Program-made: the position numbers and the translations under genes
Notes under the pieces: model-generated
Told to the model about the DNA's origin: nothing
Databases searched by the model: none
Seen by the model: only the letters and a program-made list of their open reading frames with translations
Shown: positions 29,220 through 38,720 of the stretch, in pieces
Layout of the letters: each line of letters opens with the position of its first letter
Position numbering within the stretch: the stretch's first letter is position 1
Assembly: GCA_965140585.1 (NCBI GenBank)
Contig: OZ223264.1
Location: 736,001 to 800,000, forward strand
Reading direction: 5' to 3'
Source: Spirochaetia bacterium
Lineage (GTDB): Bacteria; Spirochaetota; Spirochaetia; UBA9216
DNA length: 64,000 bases

Positions 29220-30578
29220 ATGAATTCCAGACTGATTCGGTTCAACAAAGGTGAAATTCTCTTCAAGGCTGGCGACTCAACCAGGAATATGTACATAATC
29301 AGATCCGGTACCGTCAATGTGATGATTGAGAAGGACGGGAAAAACATCCTGATAACCGAGCTCGGCCGGGGCCAGTATGTTGGAGAAATGTCCTTCCTTA
29401 CAGGTGTGAAGAGGTCAGCAAGTGTAATAGCCGCATCCGATGTTCTTGTGAATGAAATTCCCTCCGAGATTCTTGATGATGAGCTTTTCGGGCTGTCCTC
29501 CTGGGCTGTCTCGGTTGCCAAGGTTCTCGTCCGCCGAATACGAACAACAACCGAGCAGCTGAGTGATTATATTTCAGGTCATGACGGAAAACAGCCAGTT
29601 ATAGAACCTCTGGTCGATTCTGAGCAGAACGGAATTAAAACCGTTGCAAGTGATCGTAAAACACGCAGATTGTTTTTGAAAGGACGTTTTTCTGAGTCTT
29701 CCATAGAGGCTGTAAATAAGAAAATCAGGGAAATGAGAGTCCGGCCCGACTGGACTCTTGTTCTGGACTTTTCCGATGTAATCGATATTGATCAGGGCGG
29801 AATAAATTTTATATATACGCTTATAAAATCACATGATGTTGCAGAGCAGCGTATCCGTATTGAGAATATTCAGCTCATCCGTGACAAGGTTCTTTCAATA
29901 AAAGGGCTGCAGAACATCCTGTCAAAGACTGATATCCCGGTGAGAAATATTGAAAAGGATGATTTTCTTATAAGACAGGGTGCAATAGAAAACGTAATGT
30001 ACTACGTCAAGAACGGCAGTTTTACTATATCCCGAGAAACTTCAAACGGCCGGATTACCCTAGCAACGGCCGAGAGCGGTGATATTCTTGGTGAGATGGC
30101 TCTTATCAAAGAGGGTATACGTTCGGCTGATGTTGTAGCGGACCGAAGATCTATAGTGCATGTTATTGATGTAAGAGATTTTTATAATAACGTATATAAC
30201 GTTCCGACCTGGTTTCTGGAATTAATCAGAGGCCTTGTTCAGCGTTTGCGGAATACCAATGAGCTGATTGTTAAATATGAAAGCGAGCATCACGATATTT
30301 CTCCGCTGGAAGAATGGAACCTGCCGCTTAGCATAATGCTGGATTCCACAAAGCCCGGACGTTTCAGGGTAAGCGGGGCAATGACGCTTCCCAATTACCA
30401 GTATCTTTATAATATTCTTGAACACGAATCACAGAAAAAAAGAAAGGAAATCCTTCTTGATCTTAGTCAGGTTACAAAATTTGACGGTTCCTGCAAGGCC
30501 GCTCTTGAAGATACAATCTACAAAATCAAAAAATCCGGTGTTGATTTCAAGGTAACCTACCCCAAAAAGAAAAAATAG
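29220..30578 (+). CDS. Protein with two cyclic-nucleotide-binding domains, each followed by a STAS-like domain
   Basis: 'GEMSFL...RSASV' and 'GEMALI...RSADV'; STAS-like 'VLDFSDVIDIDQGG' and 'LLDLSQVTKFDGSC'. Confidence 0.75.
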   Translation: MNSRLIRFNKGEILFKAGDSTRNMYIIRSGTVNVMIEKDGKNILITELGRGQYVGEMSFLTGVKRSASVIAASDVLVNEIPSEILDDELFGLSSWAVSVAKVLVRRIRTTTEQLSDYISGHDGKQPVIEPLVDSEQNGIKTVASDRKTRRLFLKGRFSESSIEAVNKKIREMRVRPDWTLVLDFSDVIDIDQGGINFIYTLIKSHDVAEQRIRIENIQLIRDKVLSIKGLQNILSKTDIPVRNIEKDDFLIRQGAIENVMYYVKNGSFTISRETSNGRITLATAESGDILGEMALIKEGIRSADVVADRRSIVHVIDVRDFYNNVYNVPTWFLELIRGLVQRLRNTNELIVKYESEHHDISPLEEWNLPLSIMLDSTKPGRFRVSGAMTLPNYQYLYNILEHESQKKRKEILLDLSQVTKFDGSCKAALEDTIYKIKKSGVDFKVTYPKKKK

Positions 30579-30733
30579 TTTTATTTTTTAAATATATTTA
30601 ATTTTTCCTAACCATCAATTCAATACATTAATGAGCCAAACTGTATTTGTTTATTACCTCTGTGTAATGCTGTAATGTCTATATGACATGCGTGGCGCAA
30701 TAAAATTAATTTGTTGTGAAGTAAAGAATTTTA

Positions 30734-30817
30734 TTGACAAAATTAAAAAGCGTTTTTATAATTTTTAAAATAATTAGATGGTGCAATAAAAATTATTTTA
30801 TGTGAAAGATGGTGCAA
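30734..30817 (+). promoter_or_regulatory. Consensus sigma70 promoter of the hydrogenase operon, with a downstream direct repeat
   Basis: TTGACA (30734) 17 bp TATAAT (30757); AGATGGTGCAA at 30776 and 30807. Confidence 0.75.
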
Positions 30818-30836
30818 GTAAAAAAGGGGGTCGATT

Positions 30837-31271
30837 ATGAAAACCATTTTAAGTGAACCTTCACTGCTTCAGCTTCTGCTGGATGCCCAGAGCCTCAGCG
30901 GCAGGAACTATGTCAGTGAGGACGAAGTCAGCCGGATAGCCCGTGAATTGAATGTCTCAAAAAGCCGGGTTTATTCGACAGCATCCTTCTACAGTGAAAT
31001 CTCACTGGAACCAAGGGGGCGGCATCTTGTCAGGATCTGTACAAATGCTCCATGTGAAAACGCGGGAAAGGCGGAAGTCCAGGCGGCTATCCAGCAGGAA
31101 CTGGGAATAGTGCCGGGTGAAACTACTGAAGACGGGATGTATACGCTTGAAAGCGTTAACTGTCTGGGAGCCTGTTATATGTCTCCTGCGATTAGGATTG
31201 ATGATGAGGTATACGGAAACCTTGATTCGGAGGAAGCTGTCAGGCTGATCCGGGAAACAACGGAGGAATAA
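30837..31271 (+). CDS. [FeFe]-hydrogenase NuoE-like [2Fe-2S] subunit (HydC/gamma)
   Basis: 'ASFYS', Cx4C 'CTNAPC', Cx3C 'CLGAC'. Confidence 0.88.
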   Translation: MKTILSEPSLLQLLLDAQSLSGRNYVSEDEVSRIARELNVSKSRVYSTASFYSEISLEPRGRHLVRICTNAPCENAGKAEVQAAIQQELGIVPGETTEDGMYTLESVNCLGACYMSPAIRIDDEVYGNLDSEEAVRLIRETTEE

Positions 31272-31272
31272 A

Positions 31273-32562
31273 TTGAAAACGGTGGTTGATGAAAAAAGGA
31301 TGATTTTTAATTTTGATTTCAGTGAATATGTCGATCTTGAGACATACAAATCACGGGGCGGGTATAACGGTCTTAAGACTGCGGTTAAAAAGGGACCTGC
31401 CAAATCACTGGATGTTATCAGGGATTCAGGTTTGAGAGGCAGGGGAGGTGCTGCCTTTCCAACCGGTGTTAAACTTGACATGGTGAGAAATACTGCCGAT
31501 AAGTTCAGATACATTATCTGCAATGCTGATGAGGGTGAACCCGGAACATTCAAAGACCGGTTTATAATGACTCATCTGCCTTTCCAGCTTCTTGAGGGTA
31601 TTACAATTGCTGCATATATTGCGGGAACCGAACAGGGATATATCTATGTAAGACATGAATACCCGGAAGCCAGAGCAAGAATACAGGATGCAATAAACGA
31701 GGCTGAGAACAGCGGGCTGCTTGGTGAAAACATTCTTAGAAGCGGATTCTCGCTTAAACTTGAAATTTTCAGCGGTGCCGGAAGCTATCTCTGCGGAGAG
31801 GAAACCGCTCTGCTTAACTCAATAGAGGGTAAAAAGGGCCGTCCGCGGCTTAAACCGCCGTATCCTACGACCTCCGGACTCTGGGGGCATCCTACGCTTA
31901 TAAACAACGTGGAAACACTTTCCAATCTGTCGTCGATTATGTCAAACGGTGCACAATGGTACAGAAGTATCGGCACCAGTGACAGTCCCGGCACAAAACT
32001 GATTTCACTTTCAGGCGATGTAAACAACAGGGGATTGTATGAAGTCCCCTTCGGTACAAAGATTTCCGATATCATCCATGAATACGGCGGAGGGCCCAAG
32101 TCCGGCAGAACCGTAAAGGCAGTTAATATAGGAGGAGCTTCCGGCATTCTTGTTCCGCCTGATAAGCTTGATATTCCTCTTGAATACGGAACCTGTGCAG
32201 AAGAAGAAATTACTATCGGTTCGGGGGCTGTATTTGTCCTTGATGATACGAGATCTATTCTGGAAAATGTAAACAACAGGGTCCGCTTCTTCCTTCATGA
32301 AAGCTGCGGTAAATGCACGCCATGCAGGGAGGGCTTAAGACAGGCTGATATCATCCTTGAGAGACTCGAGCGCGGGGAAGCTCTTGTTGAAGACATTGAT
32401 AAACTGGAACGTTATACCCGTGCAATGCAGGAGGCTTCATTCTGCGGTCTCGGACAGGCCGCTGGAAACAGTCTCAAATCTTCACTGGAATATTACAGAC
32501 AGGAATATCTTGATGCGGCTACAGATTATGTATCTGAAGAAGAGAGAAGGGTGACTGCATAA
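31273..32562 (+). CDS. [FeFe]-hydrogenase NuoF-like FMN/NAD subunit (HydB/beta), short form
   Basis: 'LRGRGGAAFPTG', 'NADEGEPGTFKDR', 'YLCGEETAL', 'ESCGKCTPCREG', 'CGLGQ'. Confidence 0.9.
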   Translation: MKTVVDEKRMIFNFDFSEYVDLETYKSRGGYNGLKTAVKKGPAKSLDVIRDSGLRGRGGAAFPTGVKLDMVRNTADKFRYIICNADEGEPGTFKDRFIMTHLPFQLLEGITIAAYIAGTEQGYIYVRHEYPEARARIQDAINEAENSGLLGENILRSGFSLKLEIFSGAGSYLCGEETALLNSIEGKKGRPRLKPPYPTTSGLWGHPTLINNVETLSNLSSIMSNGAQWYRSIGTSDSPGTKLISLSGDVNNRGLYEVPFGTKISDIIHEYGGGPKSGRTVKAVNIGGASGILVPPDKLDIPLEYGTCAEEEITIGSGAVFVLDDTRSILENVNNRVRFFLHESCGKCTPCREGLRQADIILERLERGEALVEDIDKLERYTRAMQEASFCGLGQAAGNSLKSSLEYYRQEYLDAATDYVSEEERRVTA

Positions 32563-34289
32563 TGAAAAAGCTGGAAATTAAATTAAACGGAACCAGGGTT
32601 TCAGTCCCTGAAGGAATAACAGTAATGGAAGCGGCCAGGCAGAACGGAATTACCCTGCCAAGCCTATGTCATCATCCCGACCAGAAGGTTAAGGGAAACT
32701 GCAGGGTTTGCGTTGTCGAAGTCGAAGGGCGCAAAAATCTGGCGGCATCCTGTTCAACCCCGGTTGAGGAAGGAATGAGTATCACAACCAACTCTCCCCG
32801 TGTGAGAGAAACGGTTAAGACTGTAGTAGAGCTTATACTTGCCGATCACCCGCAGGAATGTCCCACATGTGTGCGAAACGGCAACTGCGAACTCAGGCAG
32901 CTGACTGACCGGCTCGGTATTACCAATATCCAGGCCGAGAAGAGTGAAAAACTTCTGCCTGTCGATCTTTCAACTACTTCACTTGTTCGCGATATGAATA
33001 AGTGCATTAAATGCGGAAGATGCGCTGAAGTCTGTCATCATGTTCAGGAAGTAGGAGTACTCTACAGCCACAACAGAAGTACAGACATCTGTGTTTCTCC
33101 GGAATACGGAAAGCAGTTATCCGAGGTTTCCTGTGTCCTCTGCGGTCAGTGCGTCCTTGCCTGCCCGGTAGGCGCAATCTTTGAAAAAGATGAAACTCAG
33201 AAGGTCTGGGATGCTATCGACGATCCGGACCTCCACGTAGTAGTCCAGACCGCTCCTTCTATCAGAGTTTCCATCGCAGAGGAGTTCGGACTTCCGGCTG
33301 GTTCCATCAGTACCGGTAAACTTGTCGGAGCCCTCAGGAGCCTCGGTTTTAATAAGGTCTTTGATACGGATTTTTCGGCGGATCTTACAATAATGGAAGA
33401 GGGGCATGAACTGCTTCACCGTATAACAAACGGCGGGGTTCTGCCGATGCTCACATCCTGCAGCCCGGGGTGGATTAATTTTATTGAAATGAACTACCCC
33501 GAACTGCTGCCCCATGTATCCTCGTGCAAATCTCCCCAGCAGATGTTCGGAGCTATTGCGAAGACTTATTATGCCGAGAAAGTCGGTATCCCGCCGGAAA
33601 AGATATTCGTGGTTTCAATCATGCCCTGTACCGCCAAAAAGTATGAGGCCCAGAGACCCGAGATGAACGACAGCGGCCAGCGGGATGTTGATGTTGCCCT
33701 TACCACAAGGGAACTCGGCAGGATGCTCCGCTCGCAGGGCATTGATTTTGATTCAATTCCACTTAGTGAGTATGATTCTCCGCTTGGCATGTCAACCGGA
33801 GCCGCCGCTATATTCGGTGCAACCGGAGGCGTAATGGAAGCCGCCCTCCGGACAGTTTATGAAGTAGTAACAGAGAAGAAGCTTGATAAGCTTGAGTTTG
33901 ATGTTGTCCGCGGAATGGAAGGCGTCAAGGAGGCTTCGGTAGATCTCAACGGTCAGAAGGTAAACGTTGCAGTAGCTCACGGACTTTCCCATGCCAGAAA
34001 GATTATGGAATCTATAAAAGCCGGAGATTCCGATTACTCTTTTATTGAAGTAATGTGCTGTCCAGGCGGATGTATCGGCGGCGGCGGTCAGCCTTATGGA
34101 ACCACCAATGCAAAAAGAGAAGAGAGAATAAAGGCTCTGTACCGTGTAGACGGACAGATGGCATTACGTAAATCACATGAAAATCCGGATATCCATAAAC
34201 TGTATTCGGAATATCTTATAAAGCCCCTGGGCGAAAAATCCCACCATTTGCTTCACACAAGCTACACAGACAGAAAACCATTGAACTGA
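32562..34289 (+). CDS. hydA: Group A [FeFe]-hydrogenase catalytic subunit (HydA/alpha)
   Basis: H-cluster motifs TSCSPGW, MPCTAKKYE, EVMCCPGGCIGGGGQP; N-terminal [2Fe-2S], His-ligated and 2x[4Fe-4S] motifs. Confidence 0.95.
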   Translation: MKKLEIKLNGTRVSVPEGITVMEAARQNGITLPSLCHHPDQKVKGNCRVCVVEVEGRKNLAASCSTPVEEGMSITTNSPRVRETVKTVVELILADHPQECPTCVRNGNCELRQLTDRLGITNIQAEKSEKLLPVDLSTTSLVRDMNKCIKCGRCAEVCHHVQEVGVLYSHNRSTDICVSPEYGKQLSEVSCVLCGQCVLACPVGAIFEKDETQKVWDAIDDPDLHVVVQTAPSIRVSIAEEFGLPAGSISTGKLVGALRSLGFNKVFDTDFSADLTIMEEGHELLHRITNGGVLPMLTSCSPGWINFIEMNYPELLPHVSSCKSPQQMFGAIAKTYYAEKVGIPPEKIFVVSIMPCTAKKYEAQRPEMNDSGQRDVDVALTTRELGRMLRSQGIDFDSIPLSEYDSPLGMSTGAAAIFGATGGVMEAALRTVYEVVTEKKLDKLEFDVVRGMEGVKEASVDLNGQKVNVAVAHGLSHARKIMESIKAGDSDYSFIEVMCCPGGCIGGGGQPYGTTNAKREERIKALYRVDGQMALRKSHENPDIHKLYSEYLIKPLGEKSHHLLHTSYTDRKPLN

Positions 34290-34296
34290 GTTTTCG

Positions 34297-34324
34297 GCCG
34301 GCCCGTCCCACGGGCCGGCTTTTT
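34297..34324 (+). terminator. Rho-independent terminator of the hydrogenase operon
   Basis: GCCGGCCCGT-ccc-ACGGGCCGGC followed by TTTTT. Confidence 0.85.
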
Positions 34325-34417
34325 CATAAATAAGTCCATATGGACTCTTTTGCCGTCAAGAACTCTCCTGAATAGCCTACAATCTGAGTATCAAAAAACT
34401 TTCAGGAGAAAAACTAA

Positions 34418-36001
34418 ATGAAAAATAGAATATCAGTTTTACTGCTGCTTTCGGCTTTTGCTGCGGCATTGTTTATGTTCTCATGCGACCCTGATCCGGA
34501 AGTCAGCCCGGAGGGCGAGAATCCGGAGGACATCACAGTATCGGTAACAGGCATTAGTCTGGATTATTCCGAGGTCGCCCTGTTCAGCGATGGAGAACAT
34601 CAGCTTACTGCAGCTATAGAACCGGCTGATGCTGAGAATACTAATATTACCTGGAGCAGCAGCGATACTTCCATTGTTACTGTTTCGACAGCCGGTCTTG
34701 TTACAGCTGCCGGCGGTGTCGGCAGTGCCGTTGTAACTGCCACTTCGGAGGATGGAAGTTTCACTGCCGAATGTGATTTCTTTGTTCATCAGTTCAAAAT
34801 TGCAGAAGATGCGGATATTGATCACTATTTTGGTATTGCAGTAGCTATTGACGGTGATTACGCACTTGTCGGATCCTCAGGTGATGATGTGAACGGCAGC
34901 AGATCGGGTTCTGTCTATGTATATTCCCGAAATCAAGGTGAAGAAAACACCTGGGGTTTTGTAAAAAAGATTACACCTGAAGACCCGGCAGCAGGTGAAC
35001 AGTTCGGATGTTCTATAGCTCTCGATGGAGATTATGCGGTTATAGGAGCTAAATACAGCCATGAAACTGAGGATTATGCCGGCTCTGCTTATGTCTTCAA
35101 CCGAAATAAGGGCGGTGATGATAATTGGGGGCAGGTTGCCAAAATGGTTTCCCCCAATCCGACATTACGTGGTTATTTTGGCATTTGTGTCGATATTTCC
35201 GGGGACTATGTCGTTGTTGGTGCCGGTTTTGAAGATGTTGATGGAACGGATTCCGGCTCAGCCTATCTCTTTTACAAGAATCAGGATGGATATGTCGACG
35301 GCTGGAAGTATAATAAAACACTTGTGAGTGATGATCCCTCAGCCTCCGATCTTTTTGGAGTATCAGTTGCTATTGACGGTGATTATATAGCTGTCGGAGC
35401 CTCAAGAGGAGACCTTGCCACTACTACTTCAAATGAAGGATCTGCCTATGTATATTTCAGAAATCAGGGAGCCGTTGCAGACAGCTGGGCATTGGCGAAA
35501 AAGATCGGTGCCGATGACGGAGAGCTTAATGATAGATTTTCAACTGTATCCCTTTCCGGTGATGACCTGCTTGTAGGTGCTACTTCGGATGATGATGGCG
35601 GAGACGGCGCCGGAGCTGCATATATATTCAGTCGAAACTACGGCGGCGATGACAGCTGGGGGCAGGTTACAAAGATTGCTGCCGGGGACGCAGCCGCTGA
35701 TGCCAATTTTGGCTGGCCCTGTATACTATCCGGAGATTATGCAGTTATTGGAGCTCCTTATGCAACTGTTAATGGAGAGCAATGGGCCGGAGAAGCGTAT
35801 GTGTATTACCGTAATGAGGGCGGAACAGACAAATGGGGTCATATAGATACGTTAATAGAAATAACTCCGGCAGAGAGCAATCAGTTCGGCTGCAGCATGG
35901 GGATATCTGGTGGTCTGGCTATTGTAGGGGGACAATACGGAGATGCCGGCTCATATCCACTTGATGATTATGGTTCGGTTTACCTGTTCAGTATTTACTG
36001 A
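34418..36001 (+). CDS. Lipoprotein with Ig-like (Big_2) domain and FG-GAP beta-propeller repeats
   Basis: Lipobox 'FMFSC'; 'ITWSSSDTSIVTVS..GLVTA'; about 7 repeats of 'FG.S.AI.GDY..VGA...G.AY.Y.RN.GG.D.WG'. Confidence 0.82.
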   Translation: MKNRISVLLLLSAFAAALFMFSCDPDPEVSPEGENPEDITVSVTGISLDYSEVALFSDGEHQLTAAIEPADAENTNITWSSSDTSIVTVSTAGLVTAAGGVGSAVVTATSEDGSFTAECDFFVHQFKIAEDADIDHYFGIAVAIDGDYALVGSSGDDVNGSRSGSVYVYSRNQGEENTWGFVKKITPEDPAAGEQFGCSIALDGDYAVIGAKYSHETEDYAGSAYVFNRNKGGDDNWGQVAKMVSPNPTLRGYFGICVDISGDYVVVGAGFEDVDGTDSGSAYLFYKNQDGYVDGWKYNKTLVSDDPSASDLFGVSVAIDGDYIAVGASRGDLATTTSNEGSAYVYFRNQGAVADSWALAKKIGADDGELNDRFSTVSLSGDDLLVGATSDDDGGDGAGAAYIFSRNYGGDDSWGQVTKIAAGDAAADANFGWPCILSGDYAVIGAPYATVNGEQWAGEAYVYYRNEGGTDKWGHIDTLIEITPAESNQFGCSMGISGGLAIVGGQYGDAGSYPLDDYGSVYLFSIY

Positions 36002-36041
36002 TGCGCCAGGACTGACCGCTTCGATAATTGAGGCGGTCAGT

Positions 36042-36929
36042 CTAATTATCTATGCTGGCCAGGTGTTCAATAAAATTAGTCAGTGCCGGGCTGTGGTTGT
36101 CTTTCAGCCATACAGCATAGATTTCCACAAAGGCGTCTTCACTGTCATAATCAATAAAAACAATTTCACTCTGATCTGTCTGCTTGAATGAGCGTGGCAT
36201 GGGAGAAATTGCAACACCTGAGGCCACCATAGCCATGCAGCTTTCAAAGTTTTTCATCAGAGATCCCTCGTACAGATCTATGCCTCCCTTGATAAGACGC
36301 TGATGTATTTTCTCAATACTTTTTTTCCCGATAGCAGTGTCTACCATTACCAGAGGTTCATTTCTTATATCTTTGGAGCTGAGCATTGATCTGCCGGCAA
36401 GCGGATGTGAGCGGTGCAGGGCAAAGCAGACATAATCCCTCATCAGGAACGCTTTTTCAATCTGTTTATTATCATCAAGTTCAGCACCTTCTATAAAAGC
36501 GGCATCTATTTCCTTGGTTATCAGTTTGCTTATAATTTCACCCCAGTTTTCCATCATCAGTGATAACCTTATCTGCGGATGTGCAGGTCTGTATGTCTGC
36601 AGGATGGTATTGAGAAATTTCCAGTTGAAAGGGCCATGGTAGCCGATGTTGAGATTGTTCTTACGTTGACCATCTATTTTTCGTACTTCATTTGTTACTG
36701 CTTCGTAATTCTCCAGCAGTCTGGTGAATTCTTTCTGAAGGTACTCACCTGCAGTTGTAAGCAAAACCTTTCTGTTGTTTCTTATAAAAAGCTTGACGCC
36801 AAGTTCTTCCTCAAGATTCTGTATCTGCTGGCTCATTGAAGACTGCGCCAGGCACTGCTTCTCTGCTGCTTTAGAAAAATGAAGTTCCTCGGCCAGGCTT
36901 AGAAAGCATCTCATTCTGTGTGTATCCAC
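36042..36929 (-). CDS. LysR-family regulator
   Basis: 'FLSLAEELHFSKAAEK...QSSMSQQIQNLEEELGVKLFIR'. Confidence 0.92.
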   Translation of the reverse strand: MDTHRMRCFLSLAEELHFSKAAEKQCLAQSSMSQQIQNLEEELGVKLFIRNNRKVLLTTAGEYLQKEFTRLLENYEAVTNEVRKIDGQRKNNLNIGYHGPFNWKFLNTILQTYRPAHPQIRLSLMMENWGEIISKLITKEIDAAFIEGAELDDNKQIEKAFLMRDYVCFALHRSHPLAGRSMLSSKDIRNEPLVMVDTAIGKKSIEKIHQRLIKGGIDLYEGSLMKNFESCMAMVASGVAISPMPRSFKQTDQSEIVFIDYDSEDAFVEIYAVWLKDNHSPALTNFIEHLASIDN

Positions 36930-36987
36930 GATTCTTGCTCCTTCAGGGACACTAAAATAGTTCGAGATTAAAATAAGGTCAACTCAG

Positions 36988-37006
36988 TAATCGGTTAAAC
37001 CGATTA
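36988..37006. promoter_or_regulatory. LysR-type operator palindrome
   Basis: TAATCGGTT-A-AACCGATTA (contains T-N11-A) between divergent lysR and flavoprotein genes. Confidence 0.65.
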
Positions 37007-37102
37007 TTCAAACGGTTTAATTAATTTTACGGATAAGAATTTATCGGTTATAAAGGATATAGATTATTATTTATCTAATATAGATATGGAGGAAAACTAA
37101 TT

Positions 37103-38641
37103 ATGAAAAGGCTTCTAAAGGCAGCTGCTGTTATGGCTGTGATTCTTACAGGAGTAGTTGTTATTGTGTCATGCTCTACAACCGAAAAAACAGCAAAGCT
37201 TGGTACACCTGATCTGAAAGCCGATGTGGTTGTTGTCGGCGCAGGCGGGGCCGGGCTGTCCTCAGCTACACAGGCGGCAATGCTCGGACTTGATGTAATT
37301 CTGCTTGAGAAAAACGGATTTGTAGGCGGAACTACTTTGATGGCGGAAGGAATATTCGCCGTGGATTCACAGATGCAGAAAGATGCAGGTATTGAAATTG
37401 ATAAAATTGACCTGTTCCGCAGAGTACAGCAGTATAATCACTGGCTTTCAAACAGCAAGGTGCTTCACCGGTTTTTTGATGAATCTGCAGATTCAATTGA
37501 ATGGCTGCAAGATCTGGGTGTTAAATTCCAGGCTGTAATCAGCATGGGTGATTCAGTCAAAACCTGGCATATCTTTGACGGGCTTGGTGAAGGATATATC
37601 CATTCCATGAACGAAGCCGCAAAAAAGGCTGGTGTTAAAATTATGCTCGAAACTCCCGGCAAAGACCTCGTTGTTGAGGATGGAGTAATCAAAGGCGTTA
37701 TTGCTGAAACCAGGGACGGGGAAAAAGTCAGTATCGAGGCTCCCGTTGTAATTCTTGCCACCGGAGGTTACTCGGATAACCCGGATATGATGGAAAAGTA
37801 TGTCGGCGTACCTCCTGAAAGTACCATGCAGATGGGAATCCCTGGAAGAACCGGAGACGGTATCAAAATGGGAATAAGCGCTGGTGCTGAGACCTTTCAT
37901 CTTGGAACAGCAATGTTCTATGGTGGAAATCTTCGAGGAATACCTTTTGGTAACCACCTTTTTGCAGCCTCATCATTCCAGCCCACAATGGTATGTATCA
38001 ATCAGGATGGTGAAAGATTTGCCGACGAGAGCATTGCCGGTCAGAACTTCTCTTTCTACGGAAATGCAATGAGCAATCAGAAGAAGGTTTTCAGCATCAT
38101 AGACAAAGCCAGCCTTGATTACTGGGTAGAGGAAGGCTGCATTGCAGGTGCTGGTGCCTATACACTTCCGGGCGCAAAACTTACAGATCTCTACGGGTTG
38201 ATTGACGACCAGCTTGAACTGGGGAATAAGGGAATACAGATTGCGTCTACACTGGAAGAATTATCTGCACAGATAGGTGTTGATGCTTCAGCCCTGAATG
38301 AAACAATGGATGCTTATAACAGCTATTGTGAAAACGGAGCTGATGAAACATTCGGCAAACCTGCTGAATTTCTGAAACCGATGACATCAGGTCCGTGGTA
38401 TGCGTTTGAACTGGCAGTAGGATATTTTACAACTGTCGGAGGGCTGAAGGTCAATGAAAATGCCCAGGTTATCAGTACAGAAGGGGAGGTAATTCCAGGG
38501 CTCTATGCTATCGGAACTGATTCAAATGCCATTTACGGTGATTCTTATGATGTTGTAATCAGCGCAGGTTCATGTCAGGGCTGGGCTGTTAATTCAGGAA
38601 GATTTGCGGCTCAGGACGCTGCGAAATTTCTTGGAAGATAA
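37103..38641 (+). CDS. Lipoprotein FAD-dependent oxidoreductase (flavocytochrome c / fumarate-reductase flavoprotein superfamily)
   Basis: Lipobox 'VIVSC'; 'VVGAGGAG', 'LATGGY', 'TGDGI', 'GERFADE', 'TVGGLKVN', 'GLYAIG'. Confidence 0.85.
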   Translation: MKRLLKAAAVMAVILTGVVVIVSCSTTEKTAKLGTPDLKADVVVVGAGGAGLSSATQAAMLGLDVILLEKNGFVGGTTLMAEGIFAVDSQMQKDAGIEIDKIDLFRRVQQYNHWLSNSKVLHRFFDESADSIEWLQDLGVKFQAVISMGDSVKTWHIFDGLGEGYIHSMNEAAKKAGVKIMLETPGKDLVVEDGVIKGVIAETRDGEKVSIEAPVVILATGGYSDNPDMMEKYVGVPPESTMQMGIPGRTGDGIKMGISAGAETFHLGTAMFYGGNLRGIPFGNHLFAASSFQPTMVCINQDGERFADESIAGQNFSFYGNAMSNQKKVFSIIDKASLDYWVEEGCIAGAGAYTLPGAKLTDLYGLIDDQLELGNKGIQIASTLEELSAQIGVDASALNETMDAYNSYCENGADETFGKPAEFLKPMTSGPWYAFELAVGYFTTVGGLKVNENAQVISTEGEVIPGLYAIGTDSNAIYGDSYDVVISAGSCQGWAVNSGRFAAQDAAKFLGR

Positions 38642-38668
38642 ATAATTTTTAAAAAAATATACTCCTTT

Positions 38669-38704
38669 ACGGGCCTCTTAAAAGTAAAGAGGTCCGTTTT
38701 ATTT
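38669..38704 (+). terminator. Terminator hairpin after the flavoprotein gene
   Basis: ACGGGCCTCTT...AAGAGGTCCGT followed by TTTATTT. Confidence 0.7.
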
Positions 38705-38720
38705 GCTGATCATTAACTGC

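Noticed and set aside
30837-32562. Respiratory complex I nuoEF
   Set aside because: Directly coupled to an H-cluster subunit, and no membrane nuo genes are present
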